Source: Octopus vulgaris (Eukaryota). From it: a DNA stretch of 64,000 nt. Position numbers and translations under genes: made by a program. The stretch is taken from assembly GCA_951406725.2 (NCBI GenBank), contig OX597830.1:53630001-53694000 (forward strand), read 5' to 3'. The notes beneath the pieces were generated by a model. That model was given only the letters and a program-made list of their open reading frames with translations. It was not told the DNA's origin and did no database searches. Shown piece by piece: positions 1 to 16,334 of the stretch (the first letter of the stretch is position 1; the number at the start of each line of letters is the position of its first letter).

Positions 1-2501
1 ATAAATAAGTAAATAAATAAATAAATAAATAAATAAATAGAATCTATAAATAGAATCTATAAATAGAATCTATAAATAGAATCTATAAAATAATAAATAA
101 TATAAATAATAGAATCTATAAATAGAATCTATAAATAGAATCTATAAATAGAATCTATAAATAGAACTATAAATAAATAAATAAATAGAATCTATAAATA
201 GAATCTATAAATAGAATCTATAAACAGAATCTATAAATATTATCTATAAATAGAATCTATAAATAGAATCTATAAATAAATTTATTAAAATAGAATCTAT
301 AAATAGAATCTATAAATAGAATCTATAAATAGAATTTATAAATAAATTTAAAATTTATTGAAAAAAAAATTAATTAAAAAAAATTAATTAACAAAAAAAA
401 ATTAATTAAAAAATATGAATTTAAAAAATAATAAAAAAATTAATTAAAAAGGATTATTTTTAAAAAATTAATAAAATAAAATAATAAAAATTTTTTTAAA
501 AATTAACTCTAAAAAAAATATTGAAAAAAGATTATTTCAAAAACAAATAATTAAAAAATTAATTAAAAAAAAATTAAAAAAATAATTAAAAAAATTAATT
601 AAAAAAAAATTAATTAAAAATATGTTAATTAAAAAAAATTAAAAAAAATAATTAATTAAAAGAATTATTTTTTTCATAAAATTTTTTAATTAATTTTCTT
701 TTTAATTATTTAAAAATTTTTTTTATTAATATTTTAAAAACTTTTTTAATAATTTTTTAAAATAATTCTATTAATTAATTTCTTTTAATTATTATATTTT
801 AATTAATTTTTTTTGGTAATTAATTTTTTAATTAATTTTTTATTTATTTTCTTTAATTAATTTTTTAATTATTTGTTTTTTAATTAATCTTTTTTTTCAA
901 TAAATTTTTTTGAATTAAGTTTAAAAAAAATCTTTTATTATTTTATTTTATTAATTTTTAAAAAATAATCATTTTTAATTAATTATTTTTAAATTCATAT
1001 TTTTTAATTAATTTTTTTTTCATTAATTTTTTTTAATAAATTTGTTTTAATTAATTTTTTGTTAAATAATTTTTTTAATTAATTTTTAAAATTTTTTTGT
1101 CAATTAATTTTTTTTTTTAATTAATATTTTTGATAAATTTTTTAACCAATTTTTTTTTGTTTTTTTTAAATTTTTTTGTAATTAATTTTTTTTAATTAAT
1201 ATTTTTCTTACGTAATTAATTTTTTTAAATAATTTCTTTTCATAATTTTTTTTTAAATATTCTTTTTCATAATTTTTTTTTCAATTAATTTTTTTTTAAT
1301 TATTTTTATTTTTTTTTAATTAATTTTTAAAAATCTTTTTTTAATTATTTGTTTTTTAAATAATCTTTTTTTCAATAATTTTTTAAATTAATTTTTAAAA
1401 AAACTTTTTTAAAAAATCCTTTTTAATTAATTTTTTTATTTTTTAAATTCATATTTTTTAATTAATTTTTTTTTGTTAATTTTTTTAATTATTTTATTTT
1501 CAATAGATTTTTTTATAGATTCTATTTATAGATAGATTGCTATTTATAGATTCTATTTATAGATTCTATTTATAGATTCTATTTATAGATTCTATTTATA
1601 GATTCTATTTTGATAAATTTATTTATAGATTCTATTTATAGATTCTATTTATAGATACTATTTATAGAATCTATTTATAGATTCTATTTATAGATTCTAT
1701 TTATAGATTCTATTTTAATAAATTTATTTATAGATTCTATTTATAGATTCTATTTATAGATGCTATTTATAGATTCTATTTATAGATTCTATTTATAGAT
1801 TCTATTTATAGATTCTATTTATATATTCTATTTATAGATTCTATTATATATATAGATTCTATTTATTTATTTATTTATTTATTAATAGATTCAATTTATA
1901 GATTCTATTTATAGATTCTATTTATAGATTCTATTTATAGATTCTATTTATAGTATTTATAGATTCTATTTATCTATTTATAGCTTATATTTTTTTATTT
2001 ATTTATTTATTTATAGATTCTATTTATAGATACTATTTATTTATAGATTCTATTTATAGTTTCTATTTATAGATTCTATTTATAGATTCTATTTATATAT
2101 TTATTTATTTATAGATAATATTTATAGATTCTATTTATAGATTCTATTTATAGCTTCTATTTATAGATTCTATTTATTTATCTATCTATTTATTTATTTA
2201 TTTATTTATAGATTATATTTATACATTCTATTTATAGATTCTATTTATAGATACTATTTATAGATTCTATTGATAGATTCTATTTATAGATTCTATGCTT
2301 ATAGATTCTATTTATAGATTCTATTTATAGATACTTTTTTTTATTTATTTATTTATTTATAGATTCTATTTATAGATTCTGTTTATAGATTCTATTTATA
2401 GATTCTATTTATAGATTCTATGTATTTATTTATTTATTTATAGCTTCTATTTATAGCTTCTATTTAAAGCTTCTATTTATAGATTCTATTTATTTATCTA
2501 T

Positions 2502-2532
<31 letters not shown>

Positions 2533-5500
2533 TAGATATATTTATAGATTCTATTTATAGATTCTATTTATAGATACTATTTATAGATTCTATTTATAGA
2601 TTCTATTTATAGATTCTATTTATAGATTCTATTTTTAGATTGTATTTATAGATTCAATTTATAGATTCTATTTATAGATTCTATTTATTTTTTTATTTAG
2701 TTATTTATAGATTCTATTTATAGATACGATTTATAGATTCTATTTATAGCTTCTATGTATAGATTCTATTTATATTTTTTTATTTATTTATTTATTTATA
2801 GATTCTATTTATAGTTTTATTTATAGCTTCTATTTATTTATTTATTTATTTATTTATAGATTCTATTTATAGTTTCTATTTATAGATTCTATTTATAGAT
2901 TCTATTTATATATTTATTTATTTATAGATAATATTTATAGATTCTATTTATAGATTCTATTATAGATACTTCTATTTATAGCTTCTATTTATAGATTCTA
3001 TTTATTTATCTATTTATAGATTCTGTTTATATTTATTTAGAAGCTATAAATAGAATCTATAAATATAATCTATAAATAAATAAATAAATAAATACATAGA
3101 TATCTATAAATAGAATCTATAAATATAAATAGAAGCTATAAATAGAATCTATAAATAGAATCTAAATAAATAAATAAATAAATAGAATCTATAAATAGAA
3201 TCTATAAATAGAATCTATAAATAGAATCTATAAATAGAATCTATAAATAAATAAATAAATAAATCTATAAATAGAATCTATAAATAAATAAATAAATAGA
3301 ATCTATAAATAGAATCTATAAATAGAATCTATAAATCGTATCTATAAATAAATAAATAAATAAATAAAAAATCTATAAATAGAATCTATAAATAGAATCT
3401 ATAAATAATCTATAAATAAATAAATAAATAAATAAATAAATAGAATCTATAAATAGAATCTATAAATAGAATCTATAAATAGAATCTATAAATAGAATCT
3501 ATAAATAGAATCTATAAATATAGCTATAAATAAATAAATAAATAAATAAATAAATAGTAATAAATAGAATCTATAAATAGAATCTATAAATAGAATCTAT
3601 AAATAAGTTATAAATATTATCTATAAATAGAATCTATAAAATAGAATCTATAAATAATTTATAAATAGAATCTATAAATTGAATCTATAAATAAATAGAA
3701 TCTATAAATAAATTTATAAATTTTAAATAAAAAAAATTAATTAAAAAATTAATTAACAAAAAAAAAATTAATTAAAATATGAATTTAACAAATAAAAAAA
3801 TTAATTAAAAAAATTAATTAATATTTATTTGTTAAAAAATTATTTAAAATAAAATAATAAAAAATTTTTAAAAATTAAAAAATTAAAAAATAATAATTAA
3901 GAAAATAATAAAAATTTGTTAAAAGAATTAACTCTAAAAAAAATAATGAAAAGAAATTAGATTATAAATATTATTAAATAAATTAAAAACATTAAAAAAA
4001 TTAAAATAAAAATATGTGTAATTAAAAAAATTGAAAAAAATTAGAATTAATTTATGTCCTAATTTTAAAAAAAATTAATGTTACGTTCATAAAAAAATTA
4101 ATTTAATTTATTTTTCTATTTTATTAATTAATTTCTATTTTAATATATTTTTATAAATTTTTTTTTTAATAATTTTCAAAATAATTTTTTAATAATTCCA
4201 TTTTAAATATCTTATATTTTAATTAATTTTCCTATTTTAAATTTAATTGTCCTATTTTAATTAATTTTTTATTTATAGAATTCTATTAATTATTAGATTA
4301 AAATTACTATTTATAGATTCTATTTAATTAATCTTTTTATTATATTTTTTAATTAATTTTTTTTTATAGAATTATTTTTTAATTTTTAAAAGATATCTTT
4401 TAATTAGATTTTTTATAGATTCATTTATTTTTTTAGAATTCTATTTTAATTAATTTTTTTATATAAATTCATATTGTTTTAATTAATTTTTTTTTTATAG
4501 ATTCTATTATAATTCTATTTATAGATAATATTTTTTCTATTTAAATAGATTCTATTTATAAATAAATTTATTTATAGATTTAGTATTATAGATTCTATTT
4601 ATAGATTCTATTTATAGATTCTGTTTTAATAAATTTATTTATTTTATTTTATTTTTATTTAATTATAGTTATTTATATTCTATTTTTAGATTCCTATTTA
4701 TGAATTTTATTTATAGATTCTGTTTTATTTATTTATTCTATTTATTATTTATTTCAATTATTTATTTATTTAATTATAGATTTATTTATAGATTCTATTT
4801 ATATTCTATTTATAGATATTTATTATTTATATTCTATTTATTTATTATATTTATTATTTATAGATTCTATTTTATAGATTCTATTTATAGATTCTATTTA
4901 TAGATTCTATTTTATTTATTATTTATTTATTTTTAATTATAATTCTATTTTATTAAAAAATTTTATTTAATTTATAGATTTATATAATTCTATTTAAAGA
5001 TTCTATTTATAGATTTTATAGATTCTATTTATAGATTCTATTTATAGATTCTATTTATTTAAATATTTATTTATTTATTTATTTATTATACTGTATTCTT
5101 ATTTAATAGAATTCTATATATTCTAGAATTTTCTAGATTATTCAAATAGCTTCTTATTTGATATTTTGATCATTTATTTATAGATTCTATTTATTGATAT
5201 ATCTGTTCTAGAATTTTATAGAATTCTATAGATACTATATATAGATTCTATAGATTCTATTTATAGATTCTATTTATAGATTCTATTTTAATAAATTTAT
5301 TTTAGATTCTATTTATAGATTCTATTTATAGATACTATTTATAGATTCTATTTATAGATTCTATTTATAGATTCTATTTATTTATTTATTTATTTATTTA
5401 TTTATAGATTCTATTATGTTTATAGATTCTATTTATTTATTTATTTATTTATTTAGATTATTTATAGATTCTATTTTATATTCTATTTATAGATTCTATT

Positions 5501-7325
5501 TATAGATACTTCTATTTATAGATTCTATTTATAGCTTCTATTTATAGATATATTTATTTTATTTATTTATTTATTTATAGATTCTAATTTATAGATTCTA
5601 TTTATAGATTTATTTATAGATTCTATTTATAGATTCTTTTTAATTTTATTTATTTATTTATTTATTTATTTATAGTTCTATTTATAGATTCTATTTATAG
5701 ATTCTATTTAGAGATTCTATTTATAGATTCTATTGTAATTTATTTTATTTATTTATCTATTTATTTATAGATTTTTGGTATATTCTCTTTTATTCTATTT
5801 ATTATTTATTTTTTATAAGTTCTATTTATAGATTCTATTTCCATAGATTCTATTTATCGATTCTATTTATAGATTCTATTTTATTTATTTATTTATTTTT
5901 ATTATTTATTTATAGATATTTTTAGATTCTATAAATAGTATCTATTTAAATAGAATCTCTAAATAGAATCTATTTATAGATTCTATTTATAGATTTTAAT
6001 TAATTCAAATAAATAGATTCTATAAATAAATAGATCTATTTAAATAGAATCTATTTAAATAGAATCTATATTTATAAATAAATAAATAAATTCTATTTTA
6101 TAGATATATTTATAGAATCTATAAATAGAATTATAAATAAGTCTATAAATAAAATTAAATAGAATCTATAAATAGAATCTATTTAAATAGATTCTATAAA
6201 TAGATTCTATAAATAGAATCTATAAATAGAATCTATTTAAATAAATAAATAAATAAATAGAATCTATATTTACTAGAATCTATAAATAGAATCTATAAAT
6301 AGAATTCTATAAATAAATAAATAATAAATAGAATCTATAAATAGAATCTATAAATAGAATCTATAAAATGAATATATAAATACAATCTATAAATAGAATC
6401 TATAAATAGAATCTATAAATAGAATCTATAAATAGAATCTATAAATAGAATCTATAAATAGAATCTATAAATAATTTATAAATAGCATCTATAAATAGAA
6501 ATCTATAAATAGAATCTATAAATAATTTCATTAAATAATATAAAAGAAAATCTATTAAATAGAAGATCTATATAGAATCTATAAATAGAATCTATAAATA
6601 GCAATCTATAAATAGAATCTATTTAGAATCTATAAAAATTAATTATAAAAATTAATTAAAATATTTTAATTAACAAAAAAAATTAATTAAAAAATAAATT
6701 TAAAAAATAATCTAAAAAATTAATTTATAAAAATAATTGCATTTAAAAAATTAATTTTTAACAAAAAATTAATTAAATCTATAAATATTATTAAAACAAA
6801 TAATTAAAAAATTTTTTTAAATTTAAAAAAAAATTAATTAAAAAAAATTAATTAAATAAAAAATAAAAAAATTAATTAAAAAGGATTTATTAAAAAAAAA
6901 AAGATTTTTAAAATTAATTCAAAAAGTGTGAAAATAAAATTTAAAAAAAAATTTAATTTTAAAAAAATTATAAAAAAATTATTAATAAAAAAATTAACAA
7001 AAAAATATATAAAAAAACTAATTAAAATTTATAAAAAAAATTATTTAAAAATTATTAATAAAAAAAAAAAAAAATTAATTAAAAAAAATTTATTTTAAAT
7101 TTAATTAAAAAAAAAAATTATTAACAAAAAATTAATGAAAACAAATTTATAAAAAAAAAATTAATGAAAAAAAATTAATAAAAAATATGAATTTATAATT
7201 AATTAAAAATGATTTATTTTTTTAAAAATTAATAAAATAAAATAATAAAAAATTTTTTTAAAATTAATTCAAAAAAATTATTGAAAAAAAGATTAATAAA
7301 ATAATTAATTTTAAAAAATAATTAA

Positions 7326-7425
7326 NNNNNNNNNNNNNNNNNNNNNNNNNNNNNNNNNNNNNNNNNNNNNNNNNNNNNNNNNNNNNNNNNNNNNNNNNNN
7401 NNNNNNNNNNNNNNNNNNNNNNNNN
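7326..7425. other. Assembly gap (100 N)
   Basis: Run of exactly 100 N, typical of a scaffolding gap of unknown size. Confidence 0.99.
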
Positions 7426-8591
7426 ATAAATAAATAGTATCTATAAATAGAATCTATAAATAGAATCTATAAATAGAATCTATAAATAGAATCTATAAAT
7501 AGAATCTATAAATATAAAAAACTTCTAAATAAATAAATAAATAGAATCTATAAATAGAATCTATAAATAGAATCTATAAATAGAATCTATAAATTGAATC
7601 TATTAATAAATAAATAAATAAATAAATAGAATCTATATATAGAATCTATAATAGAATATAAAATAGAATCGAATAATCATAAATAGAATCGAAATAGAAT
7701 CTAAAATAGATCTCTAAATAGAATCTATAAATAGAATCTATAAATAGAATCTATAATAGAATCTATAAATAGAATCTATAAATAAAATAAATAAATAATA
7801 AATAAATAGAATCTATAAATAGAATCTATAAATAGAATCTATAAATAGAATCTATAAATAAAATCTATAAAAATAGAATCTATAAATAGAATCTATAAAT
7901 AGAATCTATAAATAGAATCTTATAAATAGAATCTATAAATAAATTTATCTATAAATAGAATCTATAAATAGAATCTAAATAGAATCTATAAATAGATTCT
8001 ATAACTATAAATAGAATCTATAAATAGAATCTATAAATAGAAGCTTATAAATAGAATCTATAAATAGAATCTATAGAGACTAAATAAATAAATATAAGAA
8101 TCTATTGAAAAAAATCTATATAGAATCTATAAATAGAATAGATATAAATAGAATCTATAATATAAATCTATAAATAAATCTAATAAATAAATATAAAGAT
8201 CTATAAATAAATCTATAAATAGAATCTATCTATAAATAGATTATCTATAAATAAATAATTAAAAAAGAATCTAATTTAAATAATAATCTATAAAGAATCT
8301 ATAAATAGAATCTATAAATATGTTAATCTATAAATAGAATCTAATAAATAGATTATTTCATAAATTTAATCTAAAATAGAATCTATAAATAGAATCTATA
8401 AATAGAATCTATAAATAGAATCTATAAATAGAATCTATAAATAGAATCTATAAAAAAATATTGAATAAATAAATTAATCTATAAAAGAATCTATAAATAG
8501 AATCTATAAATATTAATTAAAAAAAATGAATTACAATAAATAAATAAATAAATAAATTGTTTAAAAGTAGAATTTATAAAAATAGAATCTA

Positions 8592-8634
<43 letters not shown>

Positions 8635-10999
8635 ATAGAAACTATAAATAGAATCTATAAATAGAATCTATAAATAGAATCAATAAAAAATAAATAAATA
8701 AATAGAATCTAAAAATAGAATCTAAAATATTATAAATAAAATAAAATAAATAAATAAATATTATTTATAAATAGAATCTATAAATAGAATCTATAAATAG
8801 AATCTATAAATAGAATCTATAAATAGAATCTTATAAATAAATCTATAATTAAAAGAATCTATAAATAAATTAATTAAAAAAAAAATTAATTAAAAATATT
8901 AATTAAAAAAAATCTATTAATAGAATCTATTTTTAAATAGAATCTAAAATAGATTCTAAAATATTATCTAAAAAAAATTGTTTAAAATAAATTTAAAAAA
9001 TAAATTAAATAAAAAATATTAATTAACAAAAAATTATTTTGAAAAATCTAATAAATAGAATCTATTAAAAAATTAATTATAAATAAATAATTAAAAAATA
9101 GAATTAATTAAAAAAAATTAATTAATAAATATTTTAAAAAATTATTAAATAGATTATCTATAAATATTAATAAATAAATAAATTTTTAAATAAATTTAAA
9201 TACTATTATAAATTCTAATAAAAAATTAATAAAACAAATTTTATTATAAAATAATTAATGAAAAAAAATTATTAAAAAATTAATTACGAAAAAAAATATT
9301 AATTAAAATATATTAATTAAAAAAAATTAATTAAAAAAATAATTAAATAATTAATTTAAAAAAAATTTATATTAATAAATAAATAATAATTAAAAAAATT
9401 AATTAAAAAATATTATTAAAAAAAAATTAATTAAAAAAATTTTTTTAATTAAAAAAAAATTAATTAAAAAATATTAATTAAAAAAAATAATTAAAAAAAT
9501 TATTATTAAAAGGGATTATTAAAAAAAATTAATAAAATAATAAAAAAAAATTTTTAATAATTAAAATTGAAAATTAATTAAAAAAAATTATGAAAAAATT
9601 ATTAAAAAAATTTATGGAAAAAAATTAATTAAAAAAAAATATTAATTAAAAAAAATTAATTAAAAAAAAATAATTAAAAAAATTAATTAAAAATATTTTA
9701 AAAAAATAAATTATTAAAAAAAATTAATTAAATTTAAAAAAAAATTAAAAAAATTTTTTTAAAAATTAATTTTTTAAAAAAATTATTTAAAAAATAATTT
9801 TTTTTAAAAATAATTTTTTAAAAATTATTTTAATTTTTTTATTAAAAAAAAAATTTTAAATTTTTTTAAAAATTATTAATTAAATAATATTTTTAATTAA
9901 TTTTTTTAAATTAATTTTTTTAATTAAATTTGGTAATTAATTTTTTAATTAATTAATTTTTAATTAATTTTTTAATTAATTTTTTTTAATTAATTTTTTT
10001 TTCAATAATTTTTTTGTGAATTAATTTAAAAAAATTTTTTATTTTTTTTTATATTTTTAATTAATTTTTAAAAATTATTTTTCCTAATTCATAATTTTTT
10101 AATTAATTTTTTAATTTTTAAAATTTTTTGAATTAATTTTTTTAATTAATTTTTTTAATTAATTTTTTTTAATAATTAATTTTTTAATTTTTTTAATATT
10201 TTTTTATCATTTTATTTGTTTTTAATTAATATTTTTAATTATATTTTAATTAATATTTTTCAATTTTAATTTCTAATTAATTTTTTTAAATTTTTTTTAA
10301 TTAAAATTTTTTATTAATTTTTTTTAGATTAATATTTTTTTTATTAATTTTTTTTTAATTATTTAAAAGATACTATTTAAATTTTTTTTTATTTTATTTA
10401 ATTTATTTTTTATTTATATGTATTAATTTTTTAATTAATTTTTTTAATTAATATTTTAATTAATTTTTTTTCATTAATTCTTTTTATAGATTCTGTTTAT
10501 AGATTATATTTATAGATTCTATTTATAGATTAATTTATTTAATTTATTTATAGATTCTATTTAAAGATTCTATTTATAGATTCTATTTATAGATTCTATT
10601 TATTTATTTATTTATTTATTTATTTATATTTATAGATTCTATTTATAGATTCTATTTATAGATTCTATTTATAGATTCTATTTTTTATTTATTTTTTTTT
10701 ATTTATAGATTCTATTTATAGATTCTATTTATAGATTCTATTTATAGATTCTATTTATAGATTCTATTTATAGATTCTATTTTTAGATTCTATTTATAGA
10801 TTCTAGTTATAGATTCTATTTATAAATTAATATTTTTGATTTAATTTTTTATTTATAGATTTATTTATAGATTTTATTTATAGATTCTAATTTTTTTTTA
10901 ATTAATATTTATAGATTCTTATAGATTCTATTTATAGATTCTATTTATAATTTTTTTTAATAATTTTTTCATAATTCTATTTCAATAATTTTCTTTTTA

Positions 11000-11030
<31 letters not shown>

Positions 11031-12082
11031 AATTCTATTTATAGATTCTTTTATAGATTCTTAATTATTTTTTTAATTAACATATTTATAATTCTATTTA
11101 TAGATTCTATTTATAGATTCTATTTTAAATTAATTTATAGATTTTTTAAATAATCTTATTTTTTAAGTTTTTAAAATTAATTTTTATAGATTATCTTTTA
11201 AAAATCCTTTTAATTTTTTTTATTTTTTAAATTCATATTTTTTAATTAATTTTTTTATTTAAATAATTTTTTTTAATTAATTCTATTTATAGATAATATT
11301 TATAGATTCTATTTATAGATTCTATTTATAGATGCTATTTATAGATTCTATTTATAGATTCTATTTATAGATTCTATTTATAGATTCTATTTATAGATTC
11401 TATTTATAGATTCTTATTTTGATAAATTTATTTATAGATTCTATTTATAGATTCTATTTATAGATTCTATTTATAGATTCTATTTATAGAATTCTACTTT
11501 ATAGATTCTATTTATAGATTCTATTTAATAAATTTATTTATAGATTCTATTTATAGATTCTATTTATAGATTCTATTTATAGATTCTATTTATAGATTCT
11601 ATAGAATTATAGATTTTATTTATAGATTCTATTTATATATTCTATTTATAGATTCTATATATAGATTCTATTTATTTATTTATTTATTTATTAATAGATT
11701 CAATTTATAGATTCTATTTTATAGATTCTATTTATAGATTCTATTTATAGATTCTATTTATAGATTCTATTTATTTATTTATTTATTTATAGATTCTATT
11801 TATAGATACTATTTATTTATGTATTTATTTATTTATTTATTTATAGATTCTATTTATAGAATCTCTATTTATTGATTCTATTTATTTATTTATTTATTTA
11901 TAGATTCTATTTATAGATTCTATTTATAGATTCTATTTAGAGATTCTATTTATAGATTCTATTTATAGATTCTAAAAATAGAATATATAAATAAATAAAT
12001 AAATAAAAATAAATAAATAAATAGAATCTATTAATAGAATCTATAAATAGAAGCTATAAATAGAATCTATAAATAGAATGTA

Positions 12083-12121
<39 letters not shown>

Positions 12122-12424
12122 ATAGAATCTATAAATAGAATCTATAAATAAATAAATAAATAAATAAATAAATACATAGAATCTATAAATAGAATCTCTA
12201 AATAGAATCTATAAATAGAATCTATAAATAGAATCTATAAATAAATAAATAAATAAATAAATAAAAGAATCTATAAATAGAATCTATAAATAGAATCTAT
12301 AAATAGAATCTATAAATTAGAATCTATAAATAAATAAATAAATAAATAAATAGTATCTATAAATAGAATCTATAAATAGAATCTATAAATAGAATCTATA
12401 AATAGAATCTATAAATAGAATCTA

Positions 12425-12455
<31 letters not shown>

Positions 12456-12467
12456 AAAAAGAATCTA

Positions 12468-12502
<35 letters not shown>

Positions 12503-15305
12503 ATAGAATCTATAAATAGAATCTATAAACAGAATCTATAAATATTATCTATAAATAGAATCTATAAATAGAATCTATAAATGGTAGCTATAAAAATAAA
12601 TAAATAAATAAATAATAAATAGAATCTATAAATAGAATCTATAAATAGAATCTATAAACAGAATCTATAAATATTATCTATAAATAGAATCTATAAATAG
12701 AATCTATAAATAAATTTATTAAAATAGAATCTATAAATAGAATCTATAAATAGAATCTATAAATAGAATTTATAAATAAATTTATTAAAAAAATTTATTG
12801 AAAAAAATTAATTAAAAAAAATTAATTAAAAAAAAAAAATTAATTAAAAAATATGAATTTAAAAAATAATAAAAAAAAATTAATTAAAAAGGATTATTTT
12901 TAAAAAATTAATAAAATAAAATAATAAAAATTTTTTAAAAAATTAACTCTAAAAAAAATATTGAAAAAAAGATTATTTCAAAAACAAATAATTAAAAAAT
13001 TAATTAAAAAAAATAATTAAAAAAATAATTAAAAAAATTAATTACCAACAAAAATTAATTAAAAATATGTTAATTAAAAAAAAATTAAAAAAAATAATTA
13101 ATTAAAAGAATTATTTTTTTTCATAAAATTTTTTAATTAATTTTCTTTTTAATTATTTTTTAAAATTTTTTTTATTAATATTTTAAAAATTTTTTAATAA
13201 TTTTTTAAAATAATTCTATTAATTAATTTCTTTTAATTATTATATTTTAATTAATTTTTTTTGGTAATTAATTTTTTAATTAATTTTTTATTTATTTTCT
13301 TTAATTAATTTTTTACTTATTTGTTTTTTAATTAATCTTTTTTTTCAATAAATTTTTTTGAATTAATTTTTAAAAAAATTTTTTATTTTATTTTATTAAT
13401 TTTTAAAAAATAATCATTTTTAATTAATTATTTTTAAATTCATATTTTTTAATTAATTTTTTTTTCATTAATTTTTTTTTAATAAATTTGTTTTAATTAA
13501 TTTTTTGTTAAATAATTTTTTTAATTAATTTTTTAAAATAATTTTTTGTCAATTAATTTTTTTTTTTTAATTAATATTTTTGATAAATTTTTTTAACCAA
13601 TTTTTTTTTGTTTTTTAAAATTTTTTTGTAATTAATTTTTTTTTAATTAATATTTTTCTTACGTAATTAATTTTTTTAAATAATTTCTTTTCATATTTTT
13701 TTTTAATTATTCTTTTTCATAATTTTTTTCAATTAATTTTCTTTTTAATTATTTTATTTATTTTTTTTTTTAATTAATTTTTTAAAATCTTTTTTTAATT
13801 ATTTGTTTTTTAAATAATCTTTTTTTCAATAATTTTTTAAAATTAATTTTTAAAAAAACTTTTTAAAAATCCTTTTTAATTAATTTTTTTTTTTTTTTTT
13901 AAATTCATATTTTTTAATTAATTTTTTTTGTTAATTTTTTTTAATTATTTTATTTTCAATAATTTTTTTATAGATTCTATTTATAGATGCTATTTATAGA
14001 TTCTATTTATAGATTCTATTTATAGATTCTATTTATAGATTCTATTTATGGATTCTATTTTGATAAATTTATTTATAGATTCTATTTATAGATGCTATTT
14101 ATAGATTCTATTTATAGATTCTATTTATAGATTCTATTTATAGATTCTATTTTAATAAATTTATTTATAGATTCTATTTATAGATTCTATTTATAGATGC
14201 TATTTATAGATTCTATTTATAGATTCTATTTATAGATTCTATTTATAGATTCTATTTATATATTCTATTTAAAGATTCTATATATAGATTCTATTTATTT
14301 ATTTATTTATTTATTAATAGATTCAATTTATAGATTCTATTTATTTTTTTATTTATTTATTTATAGATTCTATTTATAGATACGATTTATAGATTCTATT
14401 TATAGCTTCTATTTATAGCTTATATTTTTTATTTATTTATTTTTTTATAGATTCTATTTATAGCTTCTATTTATTTATTTATTTATTTATTTATAGATTC
14501 TATTTATAGATTCTATTTATAGATTCTATTTATATATTTATTTATTTATAGATAATATTTATAGATTCTATTTATAGATTCTATTTATAGCTTCTATTTA
14601 TAGCTTCTATTTATAGATTCTATTTATTTATCTATCTATTTATTTATTTATTTATTTATAGATTATATTTATACATTCTATTTATAGATACTATTTATAG
14701 ATTCTATTTATAGATTCTATTTATAGATTCTATTTATAGATTCTATTTATAGATTCTATTTATATATTCTTTTTATTTATTTATTTATTTATTTATAGAT
14801 TCTATTTATAGATTCTATTTATAGATTCTATTTATAGATTCTATTTATAGATATGTATTTATTTATTTATTTATTTATTTATTTATTCTACTTATTTATT
14901 CTATTTATTTTTATTTATTTATTTATAGATTATTATTTATTGATTCTATTTATAGATTCTATTTATAGATTCTATTTATAGATTCTATTTATAGATTCTA
15001 TTTATTTATCTATTTATTTATTTATTTATTTATAGATTATATTTATAGATTCTATTTATAGATTCTATTTATAGATACTATTTATAGATTCTATTTATAG
15101 ATTCTATTTATAGATTCTATTTATAATTCTAGATTTATAGATTCTATTTATAGATTCTATTTATAGATTCTATTTATAGATTCTATTTATAGATTCTATT
15201 TATTTATTTATTTATTTATTTATTCTATTTATAGATTCTATTTATAGATTCTATTTATAGATTCTATAAATAGAATCTATAAATAGAATCTATAAATAGA
15301 ATCTA

Positions 15306-15340
<35 letters not shown>

Positions 15341-15521
15341 ATAGAATCTATAAATAGAATCTATAAATAGAATCTATAAATAAATAAATAAATAAATAGT
15401 ATCTATAAATAGAATCTATAAATAGAATCTATAAATAGAATCTATAAATAGAATCTATAAATAGAATCTATAAATATATCTATAAATAGAATCTATAAAT
15501 AGAATCTATAAATAGAATCTA

Positions 15522-15552
<31 letters not shown>

Positions 15553-16092
15553 AAAGAATATATAAATAGAATCTATAAATAGAATCTATAAATAAATAAA
15601 TAAATAAATAAATAAAAAGAATATATAAATAGAATCTATAAATAGAATCTATAAATAGAATCTATAAATAGAATCTATAAATAGAATCTATAAATAGAAT
15701 CTATAAATAGAATCTATAAATAGAATCTATAAATAAATAAATAAATAAATAGTATCTATAAATAGAATCTATAAATAGAATCTATAAATAGAATCTATAA
15801 ATAGAATCTATAAATAGAATCTATAAATAAATAAATAAATAAAAAGAATCTATAAATAGAATCTATAAATAGAATCTATAAATAAATAAATAAATAAAAA
15901 GAATTTATAAATAGAATCTATAACTAGAATCTATAAATAGAATCTATAAATAGAATCTATAAATAGAATCTATAAATAGAATCTATAAATAGAATCTATA
16001 AATAGAACCTATAAATGCAATCAATAAATTTAATAAATAAAAAATAGTATCTATAAATAGAATCTATAAATAGAATCTATAAATAGAATCTA

Positions 16093-16127
<35 letters not shown>

Positions 16128-16303
16128 ATAGAATCTATAAATAGAATCTATAAATAGAATCTATAAATAGAATCTATAAATAAATAAATAAATAAATAAA
16201 TAAATAGAATCTATAAATATAATCTATAATATTATCTATAAATAGAATCTATAAATATTATCTATAAATAGAATCTATAAATAGCATCTATAAATAGAAG
16301 CTA

Positions 16304-16334
<31 letters not shown>

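Noticed and set aside
4700-4903. 67-aa ORF in the satellite
   Set aside because: Chance open frame in degenerate 13-mer repeat; composition is almost only F/I/Y/L/R.
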